64,000 nt of DNA, from assembly GCA_951406725.2 (NCBI GenBank), contig OX597819.1, forward strand, positions 2,728,001 to 2,792,000, written 5' to 3'. Position 1 is the stretch's first letter. The number at the start of each line of letters is the position of its first letter. This stretch comes from Octopus vulgaris (taxonomy: Eukaryota). Position numbers and translations under genes: made by a program. The notes beneath the pieces were generated by a model. The model made no database searches. It saw only the letters and a program-made list of their open reading frames with translations, and was not told the origin of the DNA. Positions 24,790 through 38,862 of the stretch are shown here, piece by piece.

Positions 24790-26450
24790 GTGAAGAAGAT
24801 GAGGCTGTTTGTGAAGTTGCAGGGGATTCGTGATTTAGCAAGCTTTATGCTGTTGTATCTAGAGGGGTCAGTGTTGGCTCTATATCTATAGATCAATGGA
24901 GAAGCCCAGCTCGATGTAGAAAAAAAAAAGATGCAAACTAAAAGAGATTTTTAGAGAGGGAGCATTTGAACCCTAAAGTAGGCTAGGGAGAGAAAATTTA
25001 TAGAACCTAGGTGGATATGTTTGCTAATGAGGTCAAGACATTGGCAGGACTAGTTGGATATACAAGACCAGAAATAGAAAGGACAGTCAAGCTAGTGTTT
25101 GTAACTGATTTCCCTGACCACATATCAGTAAGACCGCAGCATTGGATAGCAAATCTTCCATAGCTATAGGAAATTTGGTATCCAAAGCTTAAAGTGTTAA
25201 TAGTGAACAAAACGCAAAACCTTATGACAGTGTTTACAATGAGACAGCCAGCAATGAAGGGTCAGTAGAGAGAATTAGGCAGATTCAAGCATTTAAGAAG
25301 TAGTGTTTCAGTTATATATGGTCAGGGATTGCAAAGAGCCCAAACCAGAATTGATTTGCTATTGATGTGACCAGGCTAGTCATAAAGTAAGCCATTGTTA
25401 AGTGAATAGAGGCACTCATTTGCTATCTGTGGTGAAAGTTTTGATAGGAGAAAGCAAGGCAAGAATCCTGGTTGATGTTAGTTAAGCAACTATCTTATTG
25501 ACTTCAAAGCTGATGGATAGCCAGTGGAATGTTGAACAGTATAAGTGCAGTTGATGAGAGAAAGGTTTGATGTAAGGGTTCAAGTACTGTGAAGTTGATA
25601 GTCAAGGTGATCATGATTGCATTGTCAAAGGAATTGCTGTAGTGGTGAGGATGGATATGATTGACCAGGTCAGAGACATTCTGGTCAATGAAGACTGAGT
25701 AGAGTTCCTAGAGATACAATGTGCCATATGTATATTGCAGAAGAATGAGAACTACAGAATTGTCAAAGTAAGCTCTGGAGAGATAGATGTTCCTTGTAAG
25801 ATTGAGAACAAAGACTTCTATGCAGCATTTTACAGCAGGCAATGGACAGTTGGTCATATCACTGAAAGGTGTTTTTCAAGTTTCATGAAAGCAATGCAAG
25901 TCTTGTATGAAGTATCTCAGTTTCCTGTGGAAGAGTTCTGTGTGTAGAACTACACAGAATGATGAGTGTATCATCTGCATAGTAGTGTGCATGGTAAAAC
26001 ATTGAAGCAAATAAATCATTAATGTACAGAATAATGAATGTGAAAATCTAAAACTGAACAGATAAGATGTGGGTGAGAGAGAGTCTCATCTCTGCAAACT
26101 TTGATGGAGCAACTTTTGGTTCATGAATTCAGAAAAAAGATGAAGGACAAGTTGATTAGCTGGGAAATTCACATCCCAGACATATTGAAGACTTAACCAA
26201 TTGGAATGACTTTTTTCTATTTGTCTGATTGATGGCTGTATGTAAATGTTTTAGTTGAAGACGTTGAGAATGGAAAGCAACTCAAGATTATCAAGGAGCT
26301 GCTTGTTTTGTAGGCTTGATGATGATAGGATGATAAGTAGCAGGATCAGAGTAAGACTACAAAATAGATGATTGAGTTAGAAATGAGGCAAACTATTACC
26401 TGTAGTTTGGAATAGATGATGGTAACGATAAAAAGATTGAAAAATTTATT
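24790..26450 (-). mobile_element. Old degraded LINE RT remnant
   Basis: The minus strand encodes YINDLF...YYADDTL near 25960-26030. There are many stops. Confidence 0.6.
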
Positions 26451-26739
26451 ATGGGTAGGAGAAATTAAAGGAGGACAGTTTGAGAGGTGATTATGCTGCG
26501 TGTACAGTGTGGAGTAAGAAGCAAATTGAGTAACAAATACAATGAAGAACTATTTACAGAGCCACCTTAATTGAGGAGAGACACGAAGATTCAACCTTAA
26601 CATATGATTGTGATATATTTTTTGTAAATATAAGGATTGTGGCTCTACACTTTCAGTGTTTGTTTAGTCGTTTCATTTGATGCCTTAACTTTTCTGATAC
26701 ACTTACATTCCAACTTTCTTAATACTGGTTTCAAATTTT

Positions 26740-26912
26740 GGCACAAGGCCAGTAATTTGGGGGAAGAGAGTAAGTCAATTACATCAACCCCAGTGCTCAG
26801 CTGGTACTTATTTATTACCCCCAAAAAGGGCAGGATTTGAACTCAGAACTTAAAAACGGATGAAATGCTGCTAAACATTTTGCCCATCAACAATTCTGCC
26901 AGCTCGCTACCT
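26740..26912 (-). mobile_element. Second tRNA-derived SINE family (related copies about 22670-22795 and 49545-49730)
   Basis: Head GGTAGCGAGCTGGCAGAA..., B-box-like GAGTTCAAATCC, tail GGCCTTGTGCC. Confidence 0.65.
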
Positions 26913-28649
26913 TGAGCTTTCTTAATATTCAGACCATTTTTTTTACTTTTTCTTATTTTCAGTATTTAATAAATTTACTTCAAGATTTCATAGACAGTCT
27001 ATCATCTTGTGAACTTTCTTGATCACTTCTGTCTCAATGTTCAGCAAAACAATCATATTTTTCTCTTCTCAATACATTTCTTCACCATATTATTGGTATA
27101 TCCACATTCTTTTTGCTGTTTAGTGCACTTATTTTTGTTTTATTATTATTTTACCTTCAACATTTTCGTTTTCACATGGTCCTTGATTTTTTTTTCCCCC
27201 TCTTTCCCTCTTCGACTATTTTTCTGAAGCTTTAATCCTGAGCACTGCCATATTCTCAGCAATACTTATAACCATTGTAAATAGATTCATTTTCCCTCTC
27301 AGATATTGTGCTTTCTAACAGTTGCATATTATGCTACAGTAATTTCAATCTGATTGTAACTTTTATTATTTTGTACACCAGTAATCTTTCAGATTTTGTC
27401 AAATTGTCTCTATTTGAATGTAAGTAATGCACCTTGATTCTAATTTGCTGGGCTTAAATTTGTTACTTATCAATGGTTGATCTGATTTCTTTTCCCCTGT
27501 GAATATATTTATGAAGGAAGAGTGTCCATGTGGAGGATAATTTAAATATTTCATACATTTCAACAAACCTCTTTTCCATTTTTTTTTCTCTGTATCATGA
27601 TATCATTTAATATTAAATTTGATTAAGAACCTCAGATTTGAAAGATCTTTGGTTCATTTTGGCTGAAATATTTCAACTAAAATAAAATCTTATAAGCACC
27701 TTTTGAACCAATGATAGTAACTTAATATCTGCAACAAACTGCAAAGAGATAACATATTATCTCCTCAGTGTTCGAATTTTCTCCAAAAATCAATAACATG
27801 AAGAACAAATAAGATCAAGAGCAGAAACTAATCAAATTTATCACAGATTCTCGAGTTTAGTATAGGCAAGTAATGTTGAAAGATTCTAAGAAATTTATTC
27901 AGATATTTTTGCTACCTTCCTTTATGTATACAGTTGCTACACCTTATTCGTTGCAATAATCAATACATTGAAGCTGTTTGTCTTGCAAACAATTTTTATC
28001 TCCAACTTTATAATCCTGTTAATATTTGGTATTTTAAAAACCTAAATATTATAACACAAACAACTATTTTTAAAGTGTTAATTCTAATCAGAAAATAGAG
28101 CAATCTCAGCATTATATATCATTCAATTTATGCAATAGACTCATAAAACAACTTTTATCAATTTTAAATACTTCAGAATATTCATTAAATACTTTAAAAT
28201 ATTTCATTTAGATTTTATACACTTTACTATCACAAAAGGGTATATTATACATAGTGTTTGTCATTATTACTGTTGTTATTGTCATTATTTAAGTATTTGT
28301 AAGCCTGAAGGAGTAATGCAGGTTTATGTCATTTTATCTATGCAGAACAGGATTTCACTGTTGTCAAACATAATCTACAATTGCCTCAACTGCCTCAGAT
28401 GTGAAAGCAATATTCTAAATAAGCTGACTGTCACTAGAATTAGTACAGCTAAATATTTTAAAGATAAGACTTACTGTTGTATGCTTTGATAATATACAAC
28501 AGTTTTTAGTATCCTAAAATAGGAATTATCATATGTAGTAGATTTAAACAACTTCCATAACTCGACCAATAAAAAATAAAAAGAGTATTGGTTGATGAGA
28601 AAATTCAATTGCAAAAAATGAGTTTGGATTTTAATTTTTGGACTTATTA

Positions 28650-29056
28650 GAGTTGCTTCCCACCCACATGGTTCTGGGTTCAGTCCCATAGCATGGTACC
28701 TTGGGCAAGTATCTCCTACTATAGCCTTCGGCTAACCAAAGCCTTGTGAGTGGATCAGGTAAATGGAAACTGAACAACACCTGTCATGTATGTGTGTTTG
28801 TGCATATGTGTGTGTGTGTGTTTGTCTCCCACAACTACTTGACAACTGGTGTTGGTGTGTTTATATCCCCACTACTACTTGACATCCAGTTTACCTCCCC
28901 TATAACTTAGCTGTTTGTCAAAAGAGACAGATAGAATAAGTACCAGACTTTAAAAAGTAATAATAAGTACCAGGGTCAATTCATTCACCTAAAATTCTTC
29001 AAGACCATGCTGCAGCATGTTCACAGTCTAATGACTGAAACAAGTAAAATATAAAA
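28650..29056 (+). mobile_element. tRNA-derived SINE copy
   Basis: Same head, CORE-like segment and tail as 20291-20759. Confidence 0.85.
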
Positions 29057-29543
29057 TGACTACATGATATCTACACAATATTTGGCTCGTCTGATCTTTG
29101 ATCATCACCAGTTTTGGTAATACCAGGATGGATTCAAACTAGGAATTTATTTTTAAACTAAGGGTAGTCCATGATCATCATCATCATCATCATCATCACC
29201 ATTGTCATCGTCACCACTACCACCATCATTTAACGTCCATTTTCCATGCGAGCATGTGTCGTCAGACAGTTTGACTGAGACTGCTAAACCAGAAACCTGC
29301 ACCAGGCTCCAGTTGTCTGTTTTGGCATGGTTTCTATGGATGGATGCCCTTCCTAATGCCAACCACTTTACAGAGTGTACCGGGTGTTTTTTTATATGTC
29401 ACTGGCACAAGTGCCTTTTATGCGTCACCAATACTGGCAATGACCATGATTCACTTAGCTTGACATGTCTTCTCAAGCACAGTAAATCAGTAAAGTTTCA
29501 GTTAAATGTCATTGCCTTCATGGAACTCAACATCTGAAGATCA

Positions 29544-30069
29544 GTTCTATATTTAAGAGATGAGGAATTATTTACATTCGACAGATATTTGTCCTCATCT
29601 TGTTTGTTGTTAACACAATGTTTCAGCTGATATACCCTCCAGCCTTCTTCAGGTGTCTTGGGGAAATTTCGAACCTGGGTTCTCATTCCTAAGGTATTCT
29701 TCGATGTTATCATTATTATTATTATTATTATTATTATTGTTCAGGTCACTGCTTGGAATCAAACTTGGAATCTTTGGGTTTGTAGCCTACGCTCTTAACC
29801 ACTACGCCATATGCCCCTGGACTATGCCATATGCCACGGGCATATGGCGTAGTGGTTAAGAGCACAGGCTACTAAAGATTCTGAGTTCGATTCCAAGCAG
29901 TGACCTGAACAATAATAATAATAACAACATTGGAAAATACCTTAGGAATAAGAACCCAGGTTTGAAATTTCCCCAAGACACCTGATGAAGGCTGGAGGGT
30001 ATATCAGCCGAAACGTTGTGTTAACAACAAACAAGAGGAGGACAAATATCCGTCGAATGTAAATAATGT
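29544..30069. mobile_element. Fold-back element: tRNA-like head + (AAT)n + hammerhead motif, head-to-head inverted duplication, 12-bp TSD
   Basis: Arms about 29568-29816 and 29838-30066. A box TGGCGTAGTGG (29845-29855), B box GTTCGATTCC (29885-29894). TSD ATCTGAAGATCA at 29532-29543 and 30070-30081. Confidence 0.85.
29977..30022 (+). ncRNA. Minimal type I hammerhead ribozyme motif
   Basis: GACAC-CTGATGA-A-GGCTG(GAGGGTATAT)CAGCC-GAAAC-GTT-GTGTT. A mirror copy lies on the minus strand at 29612-29657. Confidence 0.8.
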
Positions 30070-30885
30070 ATCTGAAGATCATATTTGACCATTTTGTCTC
30101 ATGTCTTTCTGGGTCTACTCTTTCCACAAGTGTAGATCTAGGAAGATGTGGGATGAGGTGGTAACATTTTTGGATGTTTTTTTAATATTCATTTTTCAAT
30201 GTTACAACCAAGCTTACTGACAGTACTATTGTTCTGATTTTTCTAAGTTTCTACTGTGGTTCTCTATCAATTATGTAAATGCTGTTCAAGTGCTGTATGA
30301 TTTCCTTTCTGGCACCAAATGCATTCAATCATCCCTGACTTTGACGTTTCTTCTCTCATTAATATTTATTCAATTTCCACTATTTTAACATTTTACACCA
30401 CTGCCACCACTACAACCATTTCCTTTATATGACATTCTGAAAATTCATGAGATGTTTGCAATACATTTGTTTTTGTTTTCTGGTCACTCATGTTTAGTTT
30501 TAAATTTCAGTAAAAGGTAGGAAATAAGAATATGACACGATGTGATTGAGGATCAAACTGAACAAATCTTAATCTAGTTGTAAAAATCAGGATATTTGCA
30601 TAACTTTTCAAAACATCTGTTTAGCACCAAATCTATGTAAAAATGTCCAATTAATTGCAGGCACAAATAAAGTTAATTCTAATTAACTGCAAAAGATTTT
30701 CTCCTTATTCTGAGTAAAATAAAAAAAGTTATAAAATGTAGCATAAAATTAGACAATTTTCTATATCTTATATTACAAAAGAGAAGCTGATCTCTATTTG
30801 CCTGTCCATCACAAGATAATGTAAAGGAGGAGTAAAAATCGTTGCTGAGAAAGAAATATAGTGAGATAGACAGAGTGTGTGTGAA

Positions 30886-31145
<260 letters not shown>

Positions 31146-31432
31146 TAGTGTTGTCACCATAGTAACTATCAAGCTTTGATTTAAAACATGGGAATTTTGA
31201 GTGCAAGCCTGTTAACACAATGCTACACAGACTTCAAAAAAAAGAGGACCTTCGTCATATAACAACATAGATAGTTATTTTTGTGGTTGTCTGTGCGTGT
31301 GTGTGTGTATTTCTATATCTGTGTTTCTGTATATCATTCAGCGTAGAGTCAAGGCAACACAGACTTTAAAAAAAACACTTTCACAATAATGTGAGGCTGT
31401 TGTTGTAGAGAGAAATTCAGTGAGAGAGAGAG

Positions 31433-31471
<39 letters not shown>

Positions 31472-32314
31472 AAGATAAAACTAAAATTTGTTTCAACAAA
31501 AAAGAGGTTGTTGTTGTTGTTGTTGAGAGAGAAATACGGTGAGAGAGACCGACAGACAGACATAGACAGAGATAGATACAGACAGACAGTTGAAAGCTAA
31601 ATAGATAAGTAGAGTGTTGTCACTGTGGTAACTAACAAGGCTTTCACTATATAACAGTTTACTATTAAAAGAAGGTATGTGCATTGTTAACAAATATTTT
31701 TACCAACAGCATAGCAATGGCTAAAGACCTAGTTTCATATAAAAGTGATTCATATTTTTGTACTACATGTTTACAAGCAACCTATGTTAAAAATGTCAAA
31801 CATATTCAAGCTATTCTTACTATTTCAATGCAATTAAGACTTTCAAAGCTCAAATTCTGGTGCCATTTAATCCAATTTAGGGGATTATAGAATAAAATTC
31901 TTCAATAAATAAATCATCTTTGTTAAAAAAAAAATAGTCTTTAATTAAGCCTTTTGTTCTTTTCATTATCAACCTGAGATTGAACCAACTAGATTTTTGA
32001 TAAATTGCATGACCCTAAATGTCAACATTAAGTAATTCAAAGTGTCTAAATTTAACTATGGGGATGTATGAATCAAGCTAAGTTTGAGTAACTGAGAAAA
32101 ATATCAAGGAGTTTTGAAAACACGCTTGGAGGATATGTCGAATCATTATTCTGCTGATGCATCATCATCATCATCATCATCATTTTACATCTACTTTCCC
32201 TGCTTGCATGGCTGGTTAGAGTTCCACAGCCAATTCTTATTCAGAGTTATTACTTTTCTAGACAGGGACATTTTATTGTGAGACAAGCACTAGAGATGAG
32301 GTTGTAATATCTTT

Positions 32315-32527
32315 AACTCTTTTACGTGTTTCAGCCATTTGACTGTGGCCATGCTGGAGCACCACCTTTAGTCGAGCAAATCGACCCCAGGACTTATTCT
32401 TTGTAAGTCTAGTACTTATTCTATCGGTCTCTTTTGCCAAACAGCTAAGTTACGGTGACGTAAACACACCAGCATCGGTTGTCAAGTGATGTTAGGGGGA
32501 CAAACACAGACACACAAACATATACAT

Positions 32528-32578
<51 letters not shown>

Positions 32579-32743
32579 TACGATGAGCTTCTTTCAATTT
32601 CCACCTACCAAATCCACTCACAAGGCTTTGGTCGACCAGAGGCTATAGTAGAAGACACTTACCCAGGGTGCCATGCAATAGGACTGAACCCGGAACCATG
32701 TGGCTGGTAAACAAGCTACTTACCACACAGCCACTCCTGCGCC
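32315..32743 (-). mobile_element. tRNA-derived SINE copy
   Basis: Near-identical to 20291-20759. Confidence 0.9.
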
Positions 32744-33671
32744 TTGGCAAGACAAAACTAAAAGGTCTCTTGACACCCATATGGTCTCTCTGCTCATTTG
32801 CCAACCACTTTATAATGTGTACTGAATACATTTTACCATATGACTACCAAGATTGCTTTGTAATCTGTAAAACTGAAGAATCTTCACTATTCCACATTTT
32901 GTGTGAATCGAAGATATAGGGATGGAACATGAACTGGAGTGAGAGTGAGAAAGAAGCATGAGTATGATAGTGGAGACAGAGTGCACAGGATGACAAAGTG
33001 GTAGATGTGGATGAAACAATGTTAGGAGTTATGGCAGAGTGTAATGAAAGAAACAGACAGACAGCAATGGCAGAGGGTACAGAGAGGGAGAGAAAGAAAC
33101 AGTAAAGATAGACAGTAATGAAAGAGAGAGAGGGGGGAAGACAGACAGACAGAGAGAGAGAAAGATAGTAATGGCAGAAGGTAATGGAAGAGAAACAGTA
33201 ATGGCAGCTGCATGAATAGATAGTCGTAAAAATAGTTGATGGTAATAAAGAGATGGATGTGAAGAACAAGCAACCTACAAGAAATAGAGTGGTGGCTGAC
33301 AACAGTAGGATGACAGAGGGTGTATCAGATACCAATTGGTCCAGTACAATCCCTTGTTACACAAGTATTAAGATAGAAGGAGAGAAGAGTAGAGTTATAT
33401 GGATAATGGCAGGAGTAGATTAAGGACTGTACTCCTAAAACCCTCCTAGGAGTAGTGAATGAAAAAGATGGATGGATGGGTAAATAGATGGATGGATTGA
33501 GGGAGGGAGAGGAAATAGAGGGAGGGATGGAGAGATGAATGGATGGATGGATGAAAGGACTGATAAAAAAATAAAACAGCTTGAAGTGAAAGTAAATTAA
33601 ATGTCTTGGTTGTGTCCTGTGAAGTAATGAACTCGACACTGCCGAGCTTGTAGTAAACTTTATAAGATATA

Positions 33672-34620
33672 TATTAGGTTGTTTCATGTGAAATGTCGTA
33701 TTTGAAAGGTAACAATAAAATGTTTCAGAAGTTTTAGAGAACTGATTTATTTAATTAAAGTATGATCCATGTTCACTTATGACGTTTACCCAACGTTTCT
33801 CTTTATCTGCTGTGATAAACTGTTTAAATGCCTCAATTACTTCTTCTCTGTTTAAGAATGTTTTATTGCTTATGAAAAGCCCAAAATGCTTGAATAAGTG
33901 ATGATCAGGGAAATAGGGAGGATGTTGCAAAAGCTCATAATTCAGGCTTTGCAACTTTTGGTCCATAGCTTGAGGAATGTAAGGACGTGTATTGTCATGG
34001 AGCAAAATTGGGCCATCCCTATTCACTGGTCTGGGTTGCTTCTTTTTCAAATTCTCATGCATACAATCAATTTCCTGGCAATATGATGTTGCTGTTACCG
34101 TTTTTCCTTGTTGCAAAAATGAAAAATGAATAATTCCCCTTGCAGACCACCATACAGTGACCACTAGCTTTTTAAGGTGCAATGATGGGTTTGGGTAGTA
34201 TTTTGATGATTCTCCTGCATCTAATCACTGTCCTGTTCTCCTGTTATTATCAAAGAGTATCATTTTCTCATCACAAGTAATGATCTGATGCAAAAATGGA
34301 CTTTTTCCAGTTGAGAAAGCAAAAAGGAGCACACTTTGAGGTGTCTGTTTTTTTGGGTTTTTTTAATCTCATTCAATTGATGTGGAACAAACCTATCTGT
34401 TCTCTTCACTTTTCCAATTTTTTACAGGTGACCAAAAACAGTGATGCGAGATGTTTGAAGTTCTAATGAAATTTTTTGAACTTTTGTTCTCGGATTTTGT
34501 TCAACCAAAGCATTTAATCCATCATGCCAAATAACTGATTTTGGCCTAACCCTTGGTTTATTTTCAAGGCTATCATCTCCTGAACAAGAGCTTTAGAACT
34601 ATCTCTGAGCAGTTCTGATG
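33672..34620 (-). mobile_element. mariner remnant
   Basis: TIR TATTAGGTTG. ORF 33751-34182 has VWWSARGII and LLHDNTRP motifs. An ITCDEK-like motif lies upstream. Confidence 0.88.
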
Positions 34621-35379
34621 TTAATAATCAGAAAAACTATAATGTTATAAATATCAACTCATTTTAGACATTTAAGAGAGAACATGTGTGTATGCGTAGT
34701 GCAGCTGTAAACATGGCAATCAGAAAAATTTCACAATTTCATTTACTAAAAAGTCCTTCATTTAGAATCTTTTTTTTACATATTAGACCAATTTTACATT
34801 TGTTTTCCCACCATTGGCCAAATAGTTAAGAAGTTTGCCTCACAATCACAAGTCCAGAGCTTGATACCACTACAAAGATCTTTAGACAAGTGTCTTCTGC
34901 TATAGACTAGGTTTGACTTGTGTGTGAAATTAAACAACTAGAAATTCTGTAAGTAGACTGTTCCTGCTGTTGACAGAGTCAACTTGTAACACACTGAATC
35001 AACTCATTCTCACTGCAGATTAGGCAAAGAGTACAAGTGTCTATTGGATCCCCTGTTACTTATGCTATACTGTATTTTCGGGCATACAAGCTGACATAAT
35101 ATGTAGTTTAAATATATAGTGTAAACATCCAAACATTTTCACTATCTTCCCAAATCCTGCTGCAGTTCACATGGAATTTTTGGTTCTCCAAAGTCATCTT
35201 TGTGTATAAGTTGATCTACCTTTTTTATCTGTAAATTTCAATCTGAAAAGTTTAAACTTGTATGCTGGAAAATATCTTAATTCAACCTGTAGATCGCTCA
35301 GTTGATCAAACAACTGGGATACTGATCATTAAAAAACTGAGTTAGGATTTATTTACTTTGAATGTATATATACAAATAT

Positions 35380-36258
35380 TGTTGCCAGTGTCATATGAAT
35401 GGCACCTGTGAAATCATAAACATAGCCTTTGCCGGTGGCATGAGCTTCAACTGTCAGACCTCATGGAGATGACAAGTGACCGAGACCTTTGCTGAGCTTG
35501 AGAAGACTCGTCAAGTGAAAACATAGTTGTGGCCATTACCAGTGTCATTTAAATGGCAACCATGCCAGAAGCACATGAAAAGCACCCATTACACTCTTGC
35601 GGTAGTTGGCGTTAGGAAGGGCATCCAGCCATAGAAACCATGCCAAGTCGGACTGGAACCTGGTGTAGACCTCCAGCTTACTAGTTCCAGTCCAACTGTC
35701 TAACCTATGCCAGCATGAAAAGCAGATGAGGAAGATGATGATGATGATGATACATACATACTTACACACACACACACACACACACACATATTGTTGAAGA
35801 CATCGGGTAGCCAAAATTACTTCATATATATATAAGTACCTTGGATTGCAGGACGGCTTGCTTTGCTTACCTTGGATCGTAGGGTGACCTGCTGTGTTTG
35901 AGGAGACCAATTGAGTCAAGTACATCAACATCAAAATAAAAATCAAATGGAAATTGTAGTTATGATACCCGTGCTGGTGGCACGTAAAAAGCACCACCCA
36001 AACGTGGCCAATGCCAGTGCCGCCTTGACTAGCTTCCATGCTAGTGGAATGTAAAAAGCACCATCCGATCGTGGCCGTTGCCAGCCTCCCCTGGCACCTG
36101 TGCTGGTGGCATGTAAAAAGTGAGAAATATGGCGTTAGGAAGGGCATCCAGCTGTCAAAACACTGCCAGATCAGACTGGAGCCTTCCCAGACCCCGATCA
36201 AACCATCCAACCCATGCTAGCATGGAAAATGGATGTTAAACGATAATGATGATGATGA

Positions 36259-36262
<4 letters not shown>
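35380..36262 (+). mobile_element. Two RTE-related 3' UTR/SINE copies with (GAT)n tails
   Basis: GGCGTTAGGAAGGGCATCCAGC motif and (GAT)n tails at about 35740 and 36250. Confidence 0.75.
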
Positions 36263-36294
<32 letters not shown>

Positions 36295-37005
36295 AAGTCT
36301 ATCTGCCAACACAATATGGCAGCCCTATGCAGGACGATGTTACTACTTTTTAGCCCCAAGAAAGCATCTTTTCCAGCTGGCTACCGACACATGGTCTATG
36401 TCCATATACTATGAGCGAGGGAGTTTATTGCTCCCTTTCTAGCCTTAGCCATACCTGTAGACCAATGGTTTCTTGGTTATTTCCTTTCTTCGGTACAGGA
36501 CAATCACTGGCTAGAGATGGCAGCCACTCAACCTTGTTCGCGGTATATACTTTTAAAGCGACATAGTCGTTGATCTCATAAAGAGAAAAACAACTAATTT
36601 TAAATCTCTGAGTGAGAAATATGAAGAGTAAAGTTTATTTGCCAAGATAATGTGACAGTCCTACACAGGACAATGTTACTACATTTTAGCCCCAGGAAAA
36701 CATATATACATGTAAAGAGATAGAAAACAAAGACTGGAAATATTCAGACAATGAATATTCATGTCTAAATGTCTAAATATTTATATATTAAGAGAGCAAA
36801 CTTACACAGAGTACAAACACACACAAAATTAAGGGGAGAAGGTATGGTGTTACAGGCCTGACAGCTGTTTCTAGGATCTCAGAATTACTTCATAATATTG
36901 GTGGATGTAGTTCACAAAAAGTCAAGGATATGCAACCAGTAGTAAAAGTATATAAGCATTAGGTAGATCCATCCTCCATCTCTCTATTTACATGCATATA
37001 TATAT

Positions 37006-37283
37006 CACCATCATCATCGTCATCGTTTAACATCCACTTTCCATGCTAGCATGGGTTGGACGGTTTGACTGAGGGCTGGTTAACCAGATGACTGCACCAG
37101 GCTCCAGTCTTGATCTGGCAGAGTTTCTACTGCTAGATGCTCTTCCTAATACCAATCACTCCAAGAGTGTAGTGGGTGCTTTTACGTGCCACCGGCATGG
37201 GGGCCAGTCAGGCAGTACTAGCAACGACCTCGCTCAAATTTTTTACACATGCCAATGGCACAGGTGCCAGTAAGGCGATGCTG
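37006..37283 (-). mobile_element. RTE-related 3' fragment
   Basis: (CAT)n tail plus CATGCTAGCATGGGTTGGACGG. Confidence 0.75.
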
Positions 37284-37284
37284 G

Positions 37285-37312
<28 letters not shown>

Positions 37313-37315
<3 letters not shown>

Positions 37316-37692
37316 CAGCTGTGGCTGTGTAGTTAAGAAGCTTGCTTCCCAACCATATGGTTCCTAGCTCAGACCCACTGCGTGACACCTTGCGAAAGTG
37401 TCTTCTACTATAGCCTTGGGTCAACCAAGTCCTTGAGTGGTTTTGGTAGGCAGAAACTGAAAGAAGCTAGTGTAGATATGTATATATCTGTGTGTCTGTG
37501 TTTGCCCTCCCCACCATTGCTTAACAACTGGTGTTGGTGTGTTTACATCTCTAACTTAGCAGTTCAGCAAATGAGATCAACAGAATAAGTACTAGGCTTA
37601 GAAATAAAAAAATAAAAGTCCTGGGGTCAATTCATTCAACAAAAAATTGAAGACAGTGCTCCAGCATGGTCACAATCTAATGACTGAAACAA
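37313..37692 (+). mobile_element. tRNA-derived SINE copy
   Basis: Head, body and tail as in the other copies. Confidence 0.85.
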
Positions 37693-38054
37693 TATATACA
37701 CACACACACACACATACAGACACACAGACGAAGTCTAGTAGCACCAATGGGATAAATAAAACTTAATATATGACTATATATATTTTATTTTTATGTGACA
37801 GAAGTTTGTTAAGTCACTCTTGTAAATCTTGCTGATTAGAATTTTAAAAATGCAGACTGTATTTGACAGAATGTAAGACACACTTTCTTCAAAAAAAGCC
37901 TCAAAGAAGCCCCTCTGAGTCCTATATGTGAAACAGAGGCCTTTCATAAGCTTTAATGCATTAAAAAGATTTTGCCCTGAACATGCGCTGCTGAAAGCTG
38001 GGTTGTATATAAAATGTGTATATGGTACATATCTTCATTTTTTTTTTTTTTTAA

Positions 38055-38370
38055 TTTGTGTCAGTCATTAGACTGCAGCCATGCTGGGGCACAGCCTTGA
38101 AGAATTTTGGTCAAACGAATTGACACCAGTGCTTATTCTATTGTTCACCTTTATCAAACTGAAAATTTACAGAGGTGTAAACAAACCAACATTTATTTCA
38201 AAGTGGTGGTGGGGACAAATACGACAGGCTTATTTCAATTTATGTCAATCACAGCCACTCACAAGGCCTTGGTCGGCCCGGGGCCACAGTAGAAGATATC
38301 TACCCAAGGTACCATGCGGTGAGCCTGAACTGAAACCACCTAGTTGAGAAACAAGCATCTTAACCACACA
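38055..38370 (-). mobile_element. tRNA-derived SINE copy, degraded
   Basis: Tail GACTGCAGCCATGCTGGGGCAC and body CCACTCACAAGGC. Confidence 0.7.
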
Positions 38371-38862
38371 TTTATGTCAATGAATATAGTAGTAGTAGTA
38401 GTAGAAATATTGGGGTATGTGCTGTGACAGTGTGTTGCTCCATCCACCATTTGGTGGATTCCTTACTTCTAGAGAATAACACTTTTGCACCACTCAAGCG
38501 ACAGCCCTCCAACCGATGAGTTTATTTTGGGTAGTCATTGCTGGTGAGGGTTTTAAAAACATTTAGAAATTGTGTGGCTTGACCTCACTAGCATTACATC
38601 TTGGTATATGAAGTGATGTCAACTTAAATCTCAAATAAAGATTAATAATGTCCTAGAATCTACTGCTGCCACCGCCACCACCACATTACAAACAAATCTC
38701 CAAATACAAACCTTTTTCATGAGATTAAACAGTAGGAAGTAGCATAAGGTAGGTTCTGCTTCAGCACAGACAGCATGAATCAAAAAGGAGAGCCTCCATG
38801 TGGCTGCACGACCTGCTAGAAGCAGCAGTCAAATCTCCTTTTATCACACCTTATTGCCTTAA

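Larger units (their letters stand above)
29200..30140 (-). mobile_element. RTE LINE 3' end, interrupted by the fold-back element
   Basis: Sequence on both sides of 29544-30069 aligns contiguously with the RTE copy at 44143-44842. Confidence 0.75.

Noticed and set aside
29838-29905. Functional tRNA gene
   Set aside because: Acceptor and T stems pair poorly, the two copies differ by an indel, there is no terminator, and it lies inside a TSD-flanked insertion.
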